Assembly (NCBI GenBank): GCA_036390995.1
Contig: DASWAT010000193.1
Coordinates: 314 to 64,313, forward strand
Direction of reading: 5' to 3'
DNA length: 64,000 nucleotides
Source of the DNA: Actinomycetota bacterium
Lineage (GTDB): Bacteria > Actinomycetota > UBA4738 > HRBIN12
Of the stretch, positions 63,640-64,000 are shown piece by piece; positions within the stretch are counted from its first letter, which is position 1, and the number at the start of each line of letters is the position of its first letter. The translations under genes were made by a program, and so were the position numbers. The notes beneath the pieces were generated by a model. The model did no database searches. It saw only the letters and a list, made by a program, of their open reading frames with translations, and was not told where the DNA came from.

Positions 63640-64000
63640 CACATCGTCCCCTGTGAGGGGGCGGTCGCCCCTGCAGACGCCGATGGCGACAGGTGCATCC
63701 GCTCGAGCTCCGCGTTGATGCGGGCCCACGGCCACTCCAGCCGGTCCTTCTTGAACTCCGGGTGTTCGACCTCCGAGTAGCCCCGCTCCTTCGCCTCGTC
63801 GTCGATCGAGATGAGCTCCCCGTGGCCCGGGATGTAGTAGACGCGAGGCTCGGTCCCAAGCTCGTCCTTGTAGCGCTGGACACCGTCCTCGTTGAGGAGG
63901 AGCTTGAGATCGACCATCTCAGCGCCGTTCGTGGCGATCTCCTCCTCGAGGTCGCCCATGTAGACGGCGTGGTGCGGGCATGCCTCGACGCAGGTCGGAA
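63639..64000 (-). CDS. 4Fe-4S dicluster protein (NrfC/PsrB-like), 3' part only
   Basis: PTCVEACPHHAVYMGD and LGTEPRVYYIP; TGATG-coupled to nrfD. Confidence 0.82.
   Translation of the reverse strand, partial: PTCVEACPHHAVYMGDLEEEIATNGAEMVDLKLLLNEDGVQRYKDELGTEPRVYYIPGHGELISIDDEAKERGYSEVEHPEFKKDRLEWPWARINAELERMHLSPSASAGATAPSQGTM

Noticed and set aside
62276-63883. Upstream extension of the 930-aa ORF
   Set aside because: Alternative frame of nrfD; the real gene starts at GTG 62275.
1-64000. Mobile elements, prophage, tRNA or rRNA
   Set aside because: No integrase, transposase, phage structural motif, terminal inverted repeat or tRNA/rRNA signature recognised on either strand.

Overview
High-GC (roughly 70% by eye) bacterial DNA with Actinomycetota-type gene content; the taxon is inferred. 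The window is gene-dense chromosomal backbone of about 55 CDS. I found no rRNA, tRNA, CRISPR array, integrase or transposase. Recognisable blocks, in order: glyA (partial) and mmsA; cell-envelope genes (LCP, amidase, lgt, DUF1996-propeller, metallophosphoesterase); a CsnR-type amino-sugar (chitosan-oligomer) cluster with two AGGAAA-N-TTTCCT boxes; PAS kinase, DUF355, M20 peptidase, PlsC and RtcB; a sigma-70 gene beside a structured intergenic region and a 30-codon acidic ORF; a MoaD/ThiS-beta-propeller fusion; a Ycf46-like AAA ATPase; WS/DGAT; a ubiA-dprE1-dprE2 operon; a GT-C-like/MFS fusion; three PafA-like phosphoesterase paralogs; ycgR/ycgQ-like genes; znuABC-zur; a copper-type two-component system with a Met-rich protein; and the end of an NrfC/NrfD-type redox operon. 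Best novelty candidates: (1) a membrane protein after nrfD with an internal twin-arginine motif and a planctomycete-cytochrome-c-like domain lacking both haem-binding cysteines; (2) circularly permuted PafA/NPP-family enzymes, one catalytically degenerate and coupled to ycgRQ; (3) the GT-C-like/MFS fusion near the decaprenylphosphoryl-arabinose operon; (4) an in-frame ubiquitin-like GG fusion. All family assignments are from motif recognition and memory, not database searches.
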